Shown: positions 18,973 through 29,626, counted from the stretch's first letter. The stretch: DNA of 64,000 bases from an uncultured Bacteroidota bacterium (GCA_963700635.1 CAVOYH010000004.1:96001-160000); one strand, 5' to 3'. The notes: generated by a model from the sequence alone, not told the origin. Translations and numbers: made by a program.

Positions 18973-19502
18973 TTCCATGGAGGGCCGTATCACGCACAGT
19001 CCGGTTTAAGAACCCGTGGTGGTCGTACGGTCTTGACACCGTGGTCCTGCCGAACGGCAAGGAAGGTGAATACCACTACGTCCATTCATTGGGATCGGCG
19101 TGTGTCATCCCTGTGCTGGATGAGGGGAGTATCCTCCTCGTAAACCAGTACCGCTATCTGGGAAATAAAGAAAGTCTGGAGTTCCCCTGCGGGGCTGTGA
19201 AGGATGGATCCTCACACGACCAAACTGCCTGGCATGAGCTTGCGGAGGAAACGGGGTACTCAGCTGTGACGTTGGTGCAGATTGGCGCATTCAATCCGTA
19301 CAATGGCGTGACAGACGAGATCTGTAACGTCTATGTGGCCCGTGAACTCCGGCACATCGGGGCGGCTCCCGATGAGACTGAACAATTTGAACTCGTCCGG
19401 TTGCCCGTGCAGGAAGTAGACAGAAGAATCCGCGAAGGACTCATCTGGGATGGCATGAGTATCGCCGCATGGCATCTGGCCCGCGCACGAGGTCTTCTCT
19501 AA
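18963..19502 (+). CDS. NUDIX hydrolase (ADP-ribose pyrophosphatase-like)
   Basis: QYRY...EFPCG...[10 protein letters not shown] Nudix box. Confidence 0.88.
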   Translation: MPLIPWRAVSRTVRFKNPWWSYGLDTVVLPNGKEGEYHYVHSLGSACVIPVLDEGSILLVNQYRYLGNKESLEFPCGAVKDGSSHDQTAWHELAEETGYSAVTLVQIGAFNPYNGVTDEICNVYVARELRHIGAAPDETEQFELVRLPVQEVDRRIREGLIWDGMSIAAWHLARARGLL

Positions 19503-19516
19503 TCACCGGATCAAGC

Positions 19517-20764
19517 ATGGTCAATTCCCTGAGAGTCGTGGTCGAAAAGAGCATCCCCGCCGGAGTTATCTTAATCGTCATCGGCATACTGTCGGGTTGC
19601 GGTATCGCCTACGCGGGATCGGGTGTATCCACGGGTGCGGATCAGCTGGTCAGCTCACGGTGTTCGCTCCTCATCGGGAAGCGGGTAGGCGTGGTGACGA
19701 ACCACACCGGCCGTTTGTCCACCGGTGAATTTCTTGTCGATACGCTCATTGGTGCGGGAATCCAGGTCCGTGCGCTCTTCGGGCCGGAACACGGCATCCG
19801 CGGCGTGGATGGAGCGGGCGATGCGGTCGCTGACAGCGTCGATGCAAGGACGGGCATTCCCGTCTACTCGCTCTACGGAAGGACGAACAAGCCCACGGCA
19901 GAGATGTTGAAGGACATCAACGTCCTGGTGTACGATATTCAGGATGTCGGCGCCCGGTTCTATACCTACATCAGCACCATGAAACTGTGTATGGATGCGG
20001 CGCTGGAACACGGGATCCCGTTTGTCGTCCTGGACCGTCCCAATCCGCTCGGCGGGCTTGTTGATGGACCGATTGTGGAGGATTCGCTCAAATCATTTGT
20101 CGGGATCGTATCCATTCCGGTGGTGTATGGTTTGACGGCAGGAGAACTTGCCACCATGATCAACGAGCGTGGTTGGCTCGAGTCCGGCGGCAAAGTTGAT
20201 CTCACCGTTGTGTGGATGGAAGGATGGTCGAGGGCCCTCCGTAATACCACTCCATGGATTCCGCCATCACCAAATATCAGGCATCCGTCCACGGTTGATG
20301 TGTATCCGGCAACATGTTTTCTTGAGGCCACCAATGTGTCCGAAGGGCGGGGAACCCCCGATCCATTTTTTGTAATCGGAGCGCCCTGGATACGGAAAGA
20401 AGAACTGACATCGCGGCTGAATGCAGCCCGCCTGGCCGGCGTGACGTTTACACCGGCGGTGTTCACCCCTGCGTCCTCTAAGCACGCCGGCATTCTCTGC
20501 CAGGGGGTGTCACTCAGCGTCTCGGCGGCGGACTCCTTCAGACCGGTACTCACGGGAATGACAATACTCTCGGTGATCCGGGAACTGTATCCTGACAGCC
20601 TTGTTATCCGTTCACGTTCACTGGGCCGACTTCTGGGCGTGGCCGGCGTGGACGACCAGATATTGTCAGGCAAAGCCCCCGTGGATATCCAAAAAGCCTG
20701 GATTGACGAAACCCGCAGATACGAAGGATCACTCCAACCTTACAGGTACTACCCCCAGAAGTAA
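19517..20764 (+). CDS. Exo-beta-N-acetylmuramidase NamZ / DUF1343 family
   Basis: GVVTNHTG, LFGPEHGIRG, YDIQDVGARFYTY, LDRPNP, PPSPN, SEGRGT. Confidence 0.9.
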   Translation: MVNSLRVVVEKSIPAGVILIVIGILSGCGIAYAGSGVSTGADQLVSSRCSLLIGKRVGVVTNHTGRLSTGEFLVDTLIGAGIQVRALFGPEHGIRGVDGAGDAVADSVDARTGIPVYSLYGRTNKPTAEMLKDINVLVYDIQDVGARFYTYISTMKLCMDAALEHGIPFVVLDRPNPLGGLVDGPIVEDSLKSFVGIVSIPVVYGLTAGELATMINERGWLESGGKVDLTVVWMEGWSRALRNTTPWIPPSPNIRHPSTVDVYPATCFLEATNVSEGRGTPDPFFVIGAPWIRKEELTSRLNAARLAGVTFTPAVFTPASSKHAGILCQGVSLSVSAADSFRPVLTGMTILSVIRELYPDSLVIRSRSLGRLLGVAGVDDQILSGKAPVDIQKAWIDETRRYEGSLQPYRYYPQK

Positions 20765-20812
20765 GCAAACCCTTTAAGAGCGTCGTTTTGGACGATTCTC
20801 TTCCTGAATTAG

Positions 20813-20841
20813 TTGACTTTGCACGCGGATTTGATTAACTT
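20813..20841 (+). promoter_or_regulatory. Sigma70-type promoter
   Basis: TTGACT-N17-TAACTT upstream of the GAF-GGDEF gene. Confidence 0.55.
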
Positions 20842-20883
20842 TTTACGATCTTGTGTTATCATACCCCAACTAGAAGGTTTACA

Positions 20884-22794
20884 ATGGCGGGAAGGGCTTC
20901 CGCCGCTTCCACCGGAATGCGGCGGTGGATAGGGGTTCTTGTAGTATTGATGGGCGTTGCCGCGCTGTGTCTTGTTGCGAATGAGGGCCTGTTCCCGGTT
21001 GATGGCTTGGCGGGAGCGGGTTTTTTTGCCTTTGTGCGAAAGCGAATGAGCAACCAGAGCGTGACGGAAGAAGCCCAGGCAGAGGAGGACGATATGGACG
21101 AACGCGAGCGTACAGCCCGGCAGACCGATCTCCTCTTTGATGATTATCAGGCCGCGGCAGCCGGATATCGGATAAAGAATGCGGCTGAGGAGCATCACGT
21201 GGTCCCATCAACAAAAACGGGAAAACCGGTTGTGGGCGAGATGAATTCAGCTCCAATGCGGGAAGCCGAGGTTCTTGACTTTTTTGACGTCGAGACTGAG
21301 GTGCCGGCACATGAGGCGGAGCCCCGCAGAGAGTTTCATACGCTGCTGAACAGAGTCCTGCTGGTGCTTAAGAGTGTGCTTTTCTGCAATACGGCTACGT
21401 TCTTCTGGCTGAACCGCGAGAAGCAGGAACTGGTCCTGGAAGGAGTGGCCACGGATAGCCAGGCCTTCACCGGACTAAAACGTTTGCCACTGGCCGAGGA
21501 CCTCTTAAGCCAGGTCGCCTTAACCGGGAAGCCGAGAATTCTCTCTTCGGTAAACTCACAGGGCGAAACCGACGTGTTACGCTACTACGAAGCGCCTGCC
21601 GGTGTTCGCTCGGCAATTGCCGTCCCGGTGTTCTATCGCAACAAGTTGCAACAGGTGGAACCCGTCGGTGTGCTGGCTGCGGACAGCACAGCGGATGATG
21701 CATACGGACAGGAGACGGTGGATACTCTTGGCAAATTCACGAAGCTTCTGTCCGCGTTGATCAAGACCTATACGGACAAGTATGATTTGCTGACCGATGC
21801 CGACGTTCTCTCCGCCATACGGCGGCTGCAGGATGCGGTAAAATCAAATCCTGACGAACACTCCATTCTTTCAGCCCTGGTCGAAGAGTCCGGTCGCCTG
21901 GCCGGATGGGAATACCTGACCATTACCATGTATGCAGAAGACGCGCATAGCTGGGTAGTGCAACGTGTGGTGAACCACACCGGGGAACCGTATGTATTAC
22001 CATCCCAGGCGGTTGAGGTCGAAGGCAGCATCGTCGGGGAAGTGATTACCAGTAACCGGGTGGAGGTGGTTCCTGATCTCTCCAGTGACGAGCGGACACG
22101 GTTTTTTCAGGGTGAACAGTTCACCCGTGAAGGATCCTTTGTGGCCGTTCCTATCAGCTCGGTTAACCGGTGTTACGGAGCCCTTGCAGTCGAAACCAGA
22201 AAAGGCGGGGGATTTTCCGGAGGCGAGGTAGAGAGTCTCTACCGTCTTGTTGAAAACGCGGGAGCATCGCTCGAAGTGGGGTACATGAACGATTTGGTGA
22301 GGGAGTTCGCCTCGACGGAACACCTGACAGGGATGATGACAAAGAAGTTCTTCCTCCGCCGAATCGAAGAGGAAGTGAAGCGGGCCGATGATACTAGAGC
22401 GGAGCTCGCCTATGTTACCTTTGCGGTTGATGACCTTGAGGAGCAGGCGCGGCGGTATGGGCGCCATATCCAGGACGTGATCTACCGCGCGCTGGTGATA
22501 CTACTCAAGGAGTACCTCCGTCCGTATGACATCATCGGCAGGCAGGACGGGGCGATGATGGGTGTGTTGCTGGCAAACATGACGGCGAGCGATGCATACC
22601 TCTGGGCGGAAAAGTTGAGAAAGACCATTGCCAGTCATGTGATCAGGCACGGACAGCGGACATTTTCGGTGACGGTGAGTCTCGGTGTCTGCGGGCTCTC
22701 TGACCGGATGACAGCGCGTGAGCTCCTCACCGGCGCCACCCAGGTATACAATAAAGCTGTGGAAAGCGGGGGAAATGTTGTGCGGGTGTTTTAA
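20884..22794 (+). CDS. Membrane-anchored GAF-GAF-degenerate GGDEF protein
   Basis: N-terminal hydrophobic segment; two GAF-like regions (SAIAVPV...GVLAADS; FVAVPI...GALAVE); GGDEF-fold C-terminus (EHLTG, LRPYDIIGRQDGAMM, VTVSLGV). Confidence 0.8.
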   Translation: MAGRASAASTGMRRWIGVLVVLMGVAALCLVANEGLFPVDGLAGAGFFAFVRKRMSNQSVTEEAQAEEDDMDERERTARQTDLLFDDYQAAAAGYRIKNAAEEHHVVPSTKTGKPVVGEMNSAPMREAEVLDFFDVETEVPAHEAEPRREFHTLLNRVLLVLKSVLFCNTATFFWLNREKQELVLEGVATDSQAFTGLKRLPLAEDLLSQVALTGKPRILSSVNSQGETDVLRYYEAPAGVRSAIAVPVFYRNKLQQVEPVGVLAADSTADDAYGQETVDTLGKFTKLLSALIKTYTDKYDLLTDADVLSAIRRLQDAVKSNPDEHSILSALVEESGRLAGWEYLTITMYAEDAHSWVVQRVVNHTGEPYVLPSQAVEVEGSIVGEVITSNRVEVVPDLSSDERTRFFQGEQFTREGSFVAVPISSVNRCYGALAVETRKGGGFSGGEVESLYRLVENAGASLEVGYMNDLVREFASTEHLTGMMTKKFFLRRIEEEVKRADDTRAELAYVTFAVDDLEEQARRYGRHIQDVIYRALVILLKEYLRPYDIIGRQDGAMMGVLLANMTASDAYLWAEKLRKTIASHVIRHGQRTFSVTVSLGVCGLSDRMTARELLTGATQVYNKAVESGGNVVRVF

Positions 22795-22839
22795 CCAGAA
22801 TTCAATTCTTCTTCTACGATACTCACAGGGATATGCATA

Positions 22840-23037
22840 ATGGCCAAACAACAGAGTTTTGCGGACAAGGCAGCAAAAGCGGCGCTCATGCGGGGGACAA
22901 AGTGCCCCAAGTGCGGTGAGGTTTTCCAGCCGATCTTGATGGTGTCATCAGAAAAATCTCCTGCCAAGACAAGCTGGAAGTTTAACGAGCGCCGCGTGCA
23001 GGTCTGTAAATGTAATGAGAAGCAGGTCTACGCCTGA
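22840..23037 (+). CDS. Small basic Cys-containing protein, possible ribosomal protein bL38 (DUF4295-like)
   Basis: MAKQQSFADK...CPKCG...ILMVSSEKSPAKTSWKFNERRVQVCKC; 65 aa. Confidence 0.6.
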   Translation: MAKQQSFADKAAKAALMRGTKCPKCGEVFQPILMVSSEKSPAKTSWKFNERRVQVCKCNEKQVYA

Positions 23038-24212
23038 ATCACAACAAGGCAATTCTGCTTGTGCTGGATGGTGTGGGGATCGGCGAAATGCCGGACGCCG
23101 CGCGTTACGGAGACGAAGGGAGTCATACGCTGGCGAACACGGCAAGGGCGCTCGGCGGTCTACACCTCCCGCATCTTCAACAGTGGGGCCTGGGAAACAT
23201 CGCTGCAATTCAGGGTGTCCCTCCGGTCACCGAACCACTTGCCCATTATGGGAAAATGGCAGAAAAGTCGGGTGGGAAAGACAGTACGACGGGTCACTGG
23301 GAACTCGCTGGCCTGGTGGTAGAGAACGAGTTCCCAACATTTCCCTCCGGTTTTCCCAACAGTGTTATGCATGAGTTTCTCCGCGTCAGCGGGTGTACAG
23401 GATATCTCGGGAACAAGACCGCGTCCGGGACTGCTATTATCGACGAACTTGGCGATGAACACATGCGGACCGGCTTCCCGATTGTGTATACATCGGCCGA
23501 TTCGGTGTTTCAGATTGCCGCGCATGAAGAAGTTATACCGCTGGACCGTTTGTACGATATCTGTGAACGGACAAGAGGCGAAGTGTGTGTCGGTTCGGCC
23601 GCTGTTGGTCGTATCATCGCCCGTCCGTTTATCGGGTCTCCGGGGGCGTTCAAGCGGACGACGAACCGCAGAGATTTTTCTCTCGACCCTCCGGCGACGA
23701 CTCTTCTGGACCTCCTCCTGCAGGCAGGCATTCCTACTGCCGGCGTGGGAAAGGTTGATGAGCTGTTCGCCCATCGCGGATTCACATCCACTCTGCATAC
23801 CCGAACGAATGCCGAGGGAATCGATGAACTTGTCCGCCGGTCGAGGGCTCTGGACCGAGGCTTCATTATCGCAAATCTCGGCGATTTTGACACCCTGTAC
23901 GGGCACAGAAACGATGCTGAGGGCTTTGGCCGCGCGCTGGAGGCATTTGATGCTGCACTTCCGGCTATTGCTGAAACCGTTCGCGCCGGAGATATGTTCA
24001 TAATGACGGCGGACCACGGAAACGATCCCGTGACACCCAGTACGGATCACTCACGGGAATATGTGCCTCTGCTCTGTTATACTCCAGGCGGGAAGTCCGG
24101 CGCGAGCCTGGGAACCCGTGCCAGCTTTGCGGACGTTGCCAAGACCGTGGCAGACTATTTCGGGACCCCCAATACGTTCCCCGGCGCTAGCTTTTTGTCA
24201 CATATGGTGTAA
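23034..24212 (+). CDS. deoB: Phosphopentomutase (probable CTG start)
   Basis: KAILLVLDGVGIG, GKDSTTGHWE, YTSADSVFQIAAH, NRRDF, DTLYGHRND, TADHGNDP, DHSREYVP. Confidence 0.95.
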   Translation: MNHNKAILLVLDGVGIGEMPDAARYGDEGSHTLANTARALGGLHLPHLQQWGLGNIAAIQGVPPVTEPLAHYGKMAEKSGGKDSTTGHWELAGLVVENEFPTFPSGFPNSVMHEFLRVSGCTGYLGNKTASGTAIIDELGDEHMRTGFPIVYTSADSVFQIAAHEEVIPLDRLYDICERTRGEVCVGSAAVGRIIARPFIGSPGAFKRTTNRRDFSLDPPATTLLDLLLQAGIPTAGVGKVDELFAHRGFTSTLHTRTNAEGIDELVRRSRALDRGFIIANLGDFDTLYGHRNDAEGFGRALEAFDAALPAIAETVRAGDMFIMTADHGNDPVTPSTDHSREYVPLLCYTPGGKSGASLGTRASFADVAKTVADYFGTPNTFPGASFLSHMV

Positions 24213-24275
24213 CGAAGGTGCAACGGAAGGAAGAATTCTACGTAGCACCTTCTGTAATCAAAAAGAGGATGGTCA

Positions 24276-25133
24276 ATGGTAAAGATTACCAAGCAGTATA
24301 CAAATCGGGAGAGCCAGTCGCTCGACAAGTATCTGCAAGAGATCGGCAAGGTTGATTTATTAAAATCGGAGGAGGAGATTGATCTCGCCCGGCGTATTAA
24401 GAAGGGAGATCAACTGGCGCTCGAAAAACTCACCAAGGCGAATCTCCGCTTCGTGGTGAGTGTGGCCAAACAATATCAGAACCAGGGGCTCTCGCTGGGT
24501 GACTTGATTAATGAAGGCAACCTCGGTCTGATCAAGGCGGCGAAAAGATTCGACGAAACCCGCGGGTTCAAGTTTATCTCGTATGCGGTGTGGTGGATCC
24601 GTCAGTCGATTCTCCAGGCGCTCGCCGAGCAGTCGCGGATCGTGCGGCTTCCCCTTAATCGCGTCGGCGCGCTGAACAAGATCGGAAAGGCATTCAGCTC
24701 CCTGGAGCAGGAATTCGAGCGCGAGCCAAGTGCAAGTGAGCTGGCCGAAGAGCTTGATATGTCGTTGTTCGAAGTTTCCGACACGCTCAAGATCTCGGGT
24801 CGCCATCTTTCGATGGACGCACCGTTTGCCCAGGGTGAGGACAACAGACTCCTGGATGTGATCCAGGATGAGCGCCAGCCGGCCCCTGACAGCGAACTGA
24901 TGAAAGAATCCTTAAGCCGGGAAGTGGAGCGGGCATTGTCCACACTCAGCGCGCGGGAAGCAGAGGTCATCAGGTTGTATTTTGGTCTGGGCCGGGAACA
25001 TTCCCTGACACTTGAAGAAATTGGTGAGAAATTCAAACTCACCCGGGAACGGGTCCGGCAGATCAAGGAGAAAGCCATCAGGCGACTCCGCCATGCCTCC
25101 CGGAGCAAACAACTTCGTGCGTATCTTGGGTGA
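24276..25133 (+). CDS. rpoD: RNA polymerase primary sigma factor, short Bacteroidota type (no region 1.1)
   Basis: [61 protein letters not shown]. Confidence 0.9.
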   Translation: MVKITKQYTNRESQSLDKYLQEIGKVDLLKSEEEIDLARRIKKGDQLALEKLTKANLRFVVSVAKQYQNQGLSLGDLINEGNLGLIKAAKRFDETRGFKFISYAVWWIRQSILQALAEQSRIVRLPLNRVGALNKIGKAFSSLEQEFEREPSASELAEELDMSLFEVSDTLKISGRHLSMDAPFAQGEDNRLLDVIQDERQPAPDSELMKESLSREVERALSTLSAREAEVIRLYFGLGREHSLTLEEIGEKFKLTRERVRQIKEKAIRRLRHASRSKQLRAYLG

Positions 25134-25816
25134 CACGCGCGGCTTCTAAGTCCGGGACGGCCCTCACCGTGCGATACTGCGCCGTGATGGTTGTGCTGTG
25201 TGCCGTGGTTGCGGGCGCCGTGCTCTCCGGATGCACCGCCTCGTCACCTCGTTTTCGCACCGCCGGATCCGCCGATGATCACGATGATGAGAATGAACTT
25301 CGCTTCGCGACCCGGATCCGGGAGGAAGTACGGAGAGAAGACGATCGAACGGTCAGCATCGAAGAAGCGAAGACCCGTCTTAGCCGCCGGACTGTTCCCT
25401 CAGGGAAATACTCCAACAAAACGCCCGCGGGTATAGAACGGGACAGGGTGCTGCTGGACGTGGTGGGATATCTTGGCGTGCCGTATGTCTACGGAGGGAA
25501 CACCAGGGAGGGGATTGATTGTTCTGGTTTTACGGTCCAGGTGTACCAGAATGCCGTAGAGAAGAAGTTGCCGCGAACGGCCAGGGAACAATTTGGATCC
25601 GGTACGCCGGTGGATCTTTCACAATTGCAGTTCGGGGACCTGGTTTTCTTTAACACGACCGGCCGGGTTCCGTCTCACGTCGGGATTTACATCGAAGATG
25701 ACCTCTTTGCCCATGCGAGCGTAACACGCGGCGTGACGCTCTCATCGCTGGAGAGTACGTACTACAAAAGACGGTTTGTCGGCGCCCGGCGGGTTGTCCG
25801 ATCACATGTTGAATAA
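25130..25816 (+). CDS. NlpC/P60 (C40) peptidoglycan peptidase lipoprotein
   Basis: Lipobox LSGC; [33 protein letters not shown]. Confidence 0.9.
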   Translation: MTRAASKSGTALTVRYCAVMVVLCAVVAGAVLSGCTASSPRFRTAGSADDHDDENELRFATRIREEVRREDDRTVSIEEAKTRLSRRTVPSGKYSNKTPAGIERDRVLLDVVGYLGVPYVYGGNTREGIDCSGFTVQVYQNAVEKKLPRTAREQFGSGTPVDLSQLQFGDLVFFNTTGRVPSHVGIYIEDDLFAHASVTRGVTLSSLESTYYKRRFVGARRVVRSHVE

Positions 25817-25827
25817 CACAGAGGTGG

Positions 25828-26397
25828 GTGTTGGCGATTTTACCCATTTACACATTAGGTCACTCGGTACTGAGGAAAAAAGCCCGCCCGTTCAAAGGCG
25901 TTGACGAAGGAGTCCTCCGTCTTGCAGACAATATGCTCGAGACCATGCATAAAGCAAATGGGATCGGACTTGCTGCAAATCAGGTAGGGGTGCTTCAGCG
26001 CATCGTGGTGGTGGATATCACGGGTACGGAGGGGATAGATCAGTTTGATCCCCTCGTGATGATGAACCCTGAAGTGCTTGATCATGAGGGAATGTGGGCG
26101 CTGGAAGAAGGATGTCTGAGCCTGCCCGAGCTCAGGGACGAGGTGCAACGTCCCGAGCGGATCAGGGTGGGTTATCGGGATCTACATTTTGACCAGAGAA
26201 CACTCGAAGTCGGAGGATTGCTGGGCCGGGTGATTCTCCACGAACTGGACCATCTGAATGGCGTACTGTTTATTGATCATCTCGGAAGTGTGCGACGTAA
26301 ACTCCTGCGGGGCAGACTCAACAAGATCCAGAACGGGGAAGTGGAAGTCTCCTACGAGCTCGCGCCGCTCGAGACGCCTGTGGCTCACACGGCCTGA
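25828..26397 (+). CDS. def: Peptide deformylase
   Basis: GIGLAANQVG, EGCLSLP, HELDHLNG. Confidence 0.96.
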   Translation: MLAILPIYTLGHSVLRKKARPFKGVDEGVLRLADNMLETMHKANGIGLAANQVGVLQRIVVVDITGTEGIDQFDPLVMMNPEVLDHEGMWALEEGCLSLPELRDEVQRPERIRVGYRDLHFDQRTLEVGGLLGRVILHELDHLNGVLFIDHLGSVRRKLLRGRLNKIQNGEVEVSYELAPLETPVAHTA

Positions 26398-26407
26398 TTG
26401 CTGAACC

Positions 26408-27340
26408 ATGCCGGAGCCGCGCATCCTCTTCATGGGGACCCCCGAGTTTGCGGTCCCCAGCCTGTCCGGCCTCCTGAGCGCCGGGTATCATCTTGTCGGA
26501 GTTGTGACAGGGCCGGACAAACCCAGGGGTCGGGGTCAGAAACTTTCGCCGACACCCGTTAAAGAAGTCGCTCTCCGCCACAACCTCCCCATCCTCCAAC
26601 CGGCGACGGTGAAAGATCCCGCATTTGCCGAAGAGGTGCGCACCCTGGACGCGGATATCGCGGTCGTCGTTGCATTCCGCATTCTCCCGCGCACAGTGTT
26701 TTCCCTCCCGCGTCTGGGCACATTCAATCTTCATGCATCGCTGCTGCCAAAGTACCGCGGAGCGGCACCGATCAACTGGGCAATTATCAACGGGGAAACC
26801 GAGACCGGCGTGACGACGTTCTTTCTGGAAGATCGTGTTGATACGGGAGAATTGCTTCTTCAGGAGAAAGTACCAATTCATCCGGATGATGATGCGGGGA
26901 CGGTTCATGACCGGCTGGCGGCCCTCGGCGCTGAGGTGGTTGTCCGTACGGTTGAACACATTGCCCGTGGTGACATCCGGCCACGGCCGCAGGACCCCGG
27001 AAGTACGAGCCCGGCGCCGAAGATCTTCAAGGACCACTGCCGTATCCGATGGGATGTGCCGGCAGAAACCGTCCAGAATCTGATTCGTGGGCTTGCGCCG
27101 ACACCGGGATCCTGGTGCCTTCACGGCGGCCGCCTGCTGAAAGTTTTTAAAAGCCGGATTATTCCCGAAGGCGGAGCAGCCGCTCCCGGAACGGTTGTCG
27201 TGGAAGGGGACACACTTTCTGTCATGACCGCAGACGGACGTGTTGTGCTTTTGGAACTCCAGCAGGAAGGCCGGCGACGCATGACAGGCAGCGAATTTCT
27301 GCGAGGATATCCCATCAACACCGGTGATGTATTGTTGTAA
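26408..27340 (+). CDS. fmt: Methionyl-tRNA formyltransferase
   Basis: FMGTPEFA, PDKPRGRG, NLHASLLPKYRGAAPI; follows def. Confidence 0.96.
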   Translation: MPEPRILFMGTPEFAVPSLSGLLSAGYHLVGVVTGPDKPRGRGQKLSPTPVKEVALRHNLPILQPATVKDPAFAEEVRTLDADIAVVVAFRILPRTVFSLPRLGTFNLHASLLPKYRGAAPINWAIINGETETGVTTFFLEDRVDTGELLLQEKVPIHPDDDAGTVHDRLAALGAEVVVRTVEHIARGDIRPRPQDPGSTSPAPKIFKDHCRIRWDVPAETVQNLIRGLAPTPGSWCLHGGRLLKVFKSRIIPEGGAAAPGTVVVEGDTLSVMTADGRVVLLELQQEGRRRMTGSEFLRGYPINTGDVLL

Positions 27341-27430
27341 CGCTTCCTGCTCCGCACCACAATCGTATCACGTCTCTCGCGTATCGCCCGGTCTTCTGAT
27401 GATCCGTGCATCCGATCCGCATGTCCTTCG

Positions 27431-27459
27431 TTGCTTTGCTGACGGAAAAGCGTTATCTT
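27431..27459 (+). promoter_or_regulatory. Sigma70-type promoter for parAB
   Basis: TTGCTT-N17-TATCTT. Confidence 0.5.
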
Positions 27460-27494
27460 ACCGTACTTTTTGATGTCTCACCTGTTCGGATCCT

Positions 27495-28298
27495 GTGGGC
27501 AAAATTATCACGATAGCGAACCAGAAGGGGGGCGTGGGTAAAACCACGACTGCGGTTAATCTTGCTGCATGTCTCGCTGCGGCAGAGAAACCGACCCTCC
27601 TCGTTGATGCTGACCCGCAGGCGAATGCCACGAGCGGGATTGGACTCCAGGCCTCCGCCGAAGGGCAGAGTACCTACGAAATGTTGGTAGGCGAACAGCC
27701 GGCAGAAGCTGTCGTCCGGCAAACCCAGATGCCGTATCTCTCCATTCTTCCTTCGCATATCAATCTGGTCGGTGCCGAAGTGGAGCTGGTCGCGATGGAA
27801 CATCGTGAACAGCGGCTCAAGCGCGGACTTGAGCCCATCCGTGACCGGTATGAATTTATTCTGATCGATTGCCCGCCGTCGCTCGGCCTCCTCACATTAA
27901 ATGCGCTGACCGCCGCCGATTCCGTACTGATTCCCGTGCAGTGTGAATATTATGCCCTTGAGGGACTCGGGCAACTGCTGAATACGATCAACATGGTGAA
28001 AAAGCAGTTGAACGAGCGGCTGGACATCGAAGGCGTGCTGATGACCATGTACGATGGCAGGCTCCGCTTATCCAATCAGATCGTGGAAGAAGTTCGCAAG
28101 TATTTTGGCGAAAAGGTCTTTCGGTCGGTCATTGCGCGGAATGTTCGCTTGAGTGAAGCCCCCAGTTTTGGCAAACCGATCATACTCTATGATGCCGTGT
28201 CTTCGGGGACACGTCACTATATGGATCTCGCGGAGGAAGTGTTGACCCGGAACAGCCACAGGGATGTGACTGCGCCGCACAACGGTCAAAGCGTGTAG
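27495..28298 (+). CDS. parA: Chromosome partitioning ATPase ParA/Soj
   Basis: [42 protein letters not shown]. Confidence 0.96.
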   Translation: MGKIITIANQKGGVGKTTTAVNLAACLAAAEKPTLLVDADPQANATSGIGLQASAEGQSTYEMLVGEQPAEAVVRQTQMPYLSILPSHINLVGAEVELVAMEHREQRLKRGLEPIRDRYEFILIDCPPSLGLLTLNALTAADSVLIPVQCEYYALEGLGQLLNTINMVKKQLNERLDIEGVLMTMYDGRLRLSNQIVEEVRKYFGEKVFRSVIARNVRLSEAPSFGKPIILYDAVSSGTRHYMDLAEEVLTRNSHRDVTAPHNGQSV

Positions 28299-28309
28299 GG
28301 AGTCCTTTC

Positions 28310-29215
28310 ATGGCAAAGAACAAACTTGCTCTTGGTCGGGGGTTGGCCTCCTTGATCCCCACCCAACCTGCTCCGTCGTCACGGGCCGCCTCCGGAGAGG
28401 ATGAATCCGGTGCAGAAGGTGCATTTGTCCGGATTGATCTGACAAAGATCGGGCGTAATCCCTTTCAGCCCCGTGCAGATTTTTCCCCCGCCGCCCTCGA
28501 TGAACTGAAACAATCCATCAAAGAAAAGGGTGTCATCCAGCCGATCACCGTGCGTCGTTTTTCCGGGGGGTATCAGCTGATCTCCGGAGAGCGCCGTGTC
28601 CGTGCTGCCCGTGAAGCCGGGCTCCGGACGATCCCCGCCTACGTCATCGAGGTCCGGTCGGAAGAAGAAATGCTGGAACTGGCGCTGGTTGAGAACCTCC
28701 AGCGGGAACAACTGAATCCCATAGAAATCGCCATCTCCTATCGCCGGCTCATGGAGGAATGCGGTTTGACACAGGAAGCGGTGTCGCAGGCGATCGGAAA
28801 AGACCGTTCGACCGTGACCAATTTCCTGCGGTTGCTGAAACTCCCCGAAGAGATTCAGACCGCGGTCCGGCACGGCGACGTGAGTAGCGGTCACGCCCGT
28901 GCACTCATCACACTTGATGACCGGAACAGACAGATGAGCCTCTTCCGCAAGATCATCAACAAAGGGATTTCTGTCCGGGAAGTGGAGCGGCTTGTTCGTG
29001 ATACGAGCCGGAAGGGACCCTCCCGGCGAAAAAGTACCGGCACCGGGGGAGCCACAGCGGTATCATCTCTCGAGGATCGGTTGCGCAGGCTTTTAGGGAC
29101 GCGCGTCCATATTCGCGCTGTCCGGGGGGGGAAAGGCGAGATCGTGATCGAGTACTACACCGACGAAGATCTTGACCGCCTTGTTGAACTGTTTGATTCT
29201 CTTAATAATCATTAG
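28310..29215 (+). CDS. parB: Chromosome partitioning protein ParB/Spo0J
   Basis: LGRGLASLI, NPFQPR, GERRVRA, ENLQRE, GHARAL. Confidence 0.96.
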   Translation: MAKNKLALGRGLASLIPTQPAPSSRAASGEDESGAEGAFVRIDLTKIGRNPFQPRADFSPAALDELKQSIKEKGVIQPITVRRFSGGYQLISGERRVRAAREAGLRTIPAYVIEVRSEEEMLELALVENLQREQLNPIEIAISYRRLMEECGLTQEAVSQAIGKDRSTVTNFLRLLKLPEEIQTAVRHGDVSSGHARALITLDDRNRQMSLFRKIINKGISVREVERLVRDTSRKGPSRRKSTGTGGATAVSSLEDRLRRLLGTRVHIRAVRGGKGEIVIEYYTDEDLDRLVELFDSLNNH

Positions 29216-29233
29216 ATCGAACGTGGAGGACGC

Positions 29234-29626
29234 ATGGAACGAACAATCGTCAGTACATCAGCGGCGCCGGGTGCAATCGGGCCCTACAGCCAGGCCGTGA
29301 TCGTCCAGGGCACACTCGTGTTTACTGCCGGGCAGATAGCGATACAGCCGGGTTCAGGCGAGCTGCTGGCCGGGGACGCCGCCCAGCAAACGAAGCAGGT
29401 CATGGAAAACCTCAAAGCGATTCTTGAAGCAGCGGGAACAACACTGGGTTCGGTGGTAAAGACCACAGTGTTCCTGAAGGATATGAATGACTTTGCCTCG
29501 ATGAACGCTGTGTACGCGAAGTATTTCAGCGATGCACCCCCTGCGCGTTCGACTGTCGAGGTGGCCCGGCTCCCCAAAGACGTCCGTGTGGAGATTGAAG
29601 CGGTGGCGGTTCGCCCGGCTCAATGA
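29234..29626 (+). CDS. ridA: RidA family 2-iminoacid deaminase
   Basis: [32 protein letters not shown]. Confidence 0.92.
   Translation: MERTIVSTSAAPGAIGPYSQAVIVQGTLVFTAGQIAIQPGSGELLAGDAAQQTKQVMENLKAILEAAGTTLGSVVKTTVFLKDMNDFASMNAVYAKYFSDAPPARSTVEVARLPKDVRVEIEAVAVRPAQ

Noticed and set aside
20985-21015. Possible compensating indel pair in the N-terminal TM region of the GAF-GGDEF gene
   Set aside because: The frame is open as given; this cannot be supported without reads or orthologues.
27340-29230. parS sites near parAB
   Set aside because: No convincing GTTTCACGTGAAAC-type palindrome was seen; partial matches elsewhere (about 12886, 38391, 57282) have several mismatches.
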